53,638 nt of DNA from an uncultured Flavobacteriales bacterium (GTDB lineage: Bacteria > Bacteroidota > Bacteroidia > AKYH767-A > 2013-40CM-41-45), in NCBI GenBank assembly GCA_964355035.1, contig CAYHCU010000001.1, positions 1-53,638 on the forward strand, written 5' to 3'. This document shows, in pieces, positions 53,472 to 53,638 of the stretch. The translations under genes were made by a program, and so were the position numbers. Position 1 is the stretch's first letter; each line of letters begins with the position of its first letter. The notes under the pieces are model-generated. The model saw only the letters and a program-made list of their open reading frames with translations, was not told where the DNA came from and ran no database searches.

Positions 53472-53638
53472 TAAAAATTCTCAACCGGCCGTATGGCAAA
53501 ACCTCCCAAAAACCCCCAACGGCAAATTCAATCCCGTCGTTGATTTCAAAAATAATTCGCCGGTTTGAACATCTTTAAAATCTCGTAGCATATTTTCCTC
53601 AACTAGAGTAGAAAAATAGAGTGAATAAGTAATGAAAA

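Noticed and set aside
52783-53568. Five short ORFs (52783-52989, 52913-53143, 53109-53303, 53125-53307, 53374-53568)
   Set aside because: They overlap one another on both strands and have Cys/His/Asn-rich odd composition with no recognisable motifs. The region is treated as non-coding.
1-53638. Search for tRNA, rRNA, tmRNA, RNase P or SRP RNA genes, and for transposase or integrase genes
   Set aside because: I spotted no characteristic conserved strings (T-loop GGTTCGAATCC-type with an acceptor stem, rRNA blocks, GAGGAAAGTCCGGGC-type) and no transposase-like ORF. This was a visual scan only, so small RNAs could have been missed.

Overview
AT-rich chromosomal window, inferred to be from a member of the Bacteroidota. 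The inference rests on at least eight proteins ending in type IX secretion (T9SS) C-terminal sorting domains, a TAnnTTTG-type -7 promoter box, and FISUMP, SBBP, SprB and DUF4199-type families. About 45 CDS are supported. Housekeeping blocks: nifJ (pyruvate:ferredoxin oxidoreductase); a sixA-like/ppk1/ppx polyphosphate operon; a DEAD-box helicase; a gltX-glnS-folB operon; a SpmA/B-like nucleoside-recognition membrane protein; and small stress or RNA-binding proteins (CsbD, YbcJ-like S4, YbeD-like). Accessory content: (1) a HigB/HigA toxin-antitoxin pair; (2) a long minus-strand locus (about 19.7-32.5 kb) centred on a SusD-less TonB-dependent receptor, holding four paralogs of a secreted ~240-aa domain I cannot name, a FISUMP lipoprotein, and proteins with cohesin-like and dockerin-like modules; (3) a lysyl-oxidase-like protein flanked by two proprotein-convertase P domains; (4) LRR, PKD and SBBP/SprB T9SS cargo. 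The non-coding DNA is unusually structured. Long hairpins whose arms are heptanucleotide tandem repeats (a GGACAAT/GGATAAT family and a CGGATTT family) sit between genes. In two cases they bracket cargo: a four-helix-bundle (23S-rRNA-IVS-type) protein gene, and a ~260-bp dispersed element containing a perfect 40-bp inverted repeat. I recognised no rRNA, tRNA, CRISPR array, transposase or integrase. All family assignments come from reading motifs by eye and none was verified by a database search.
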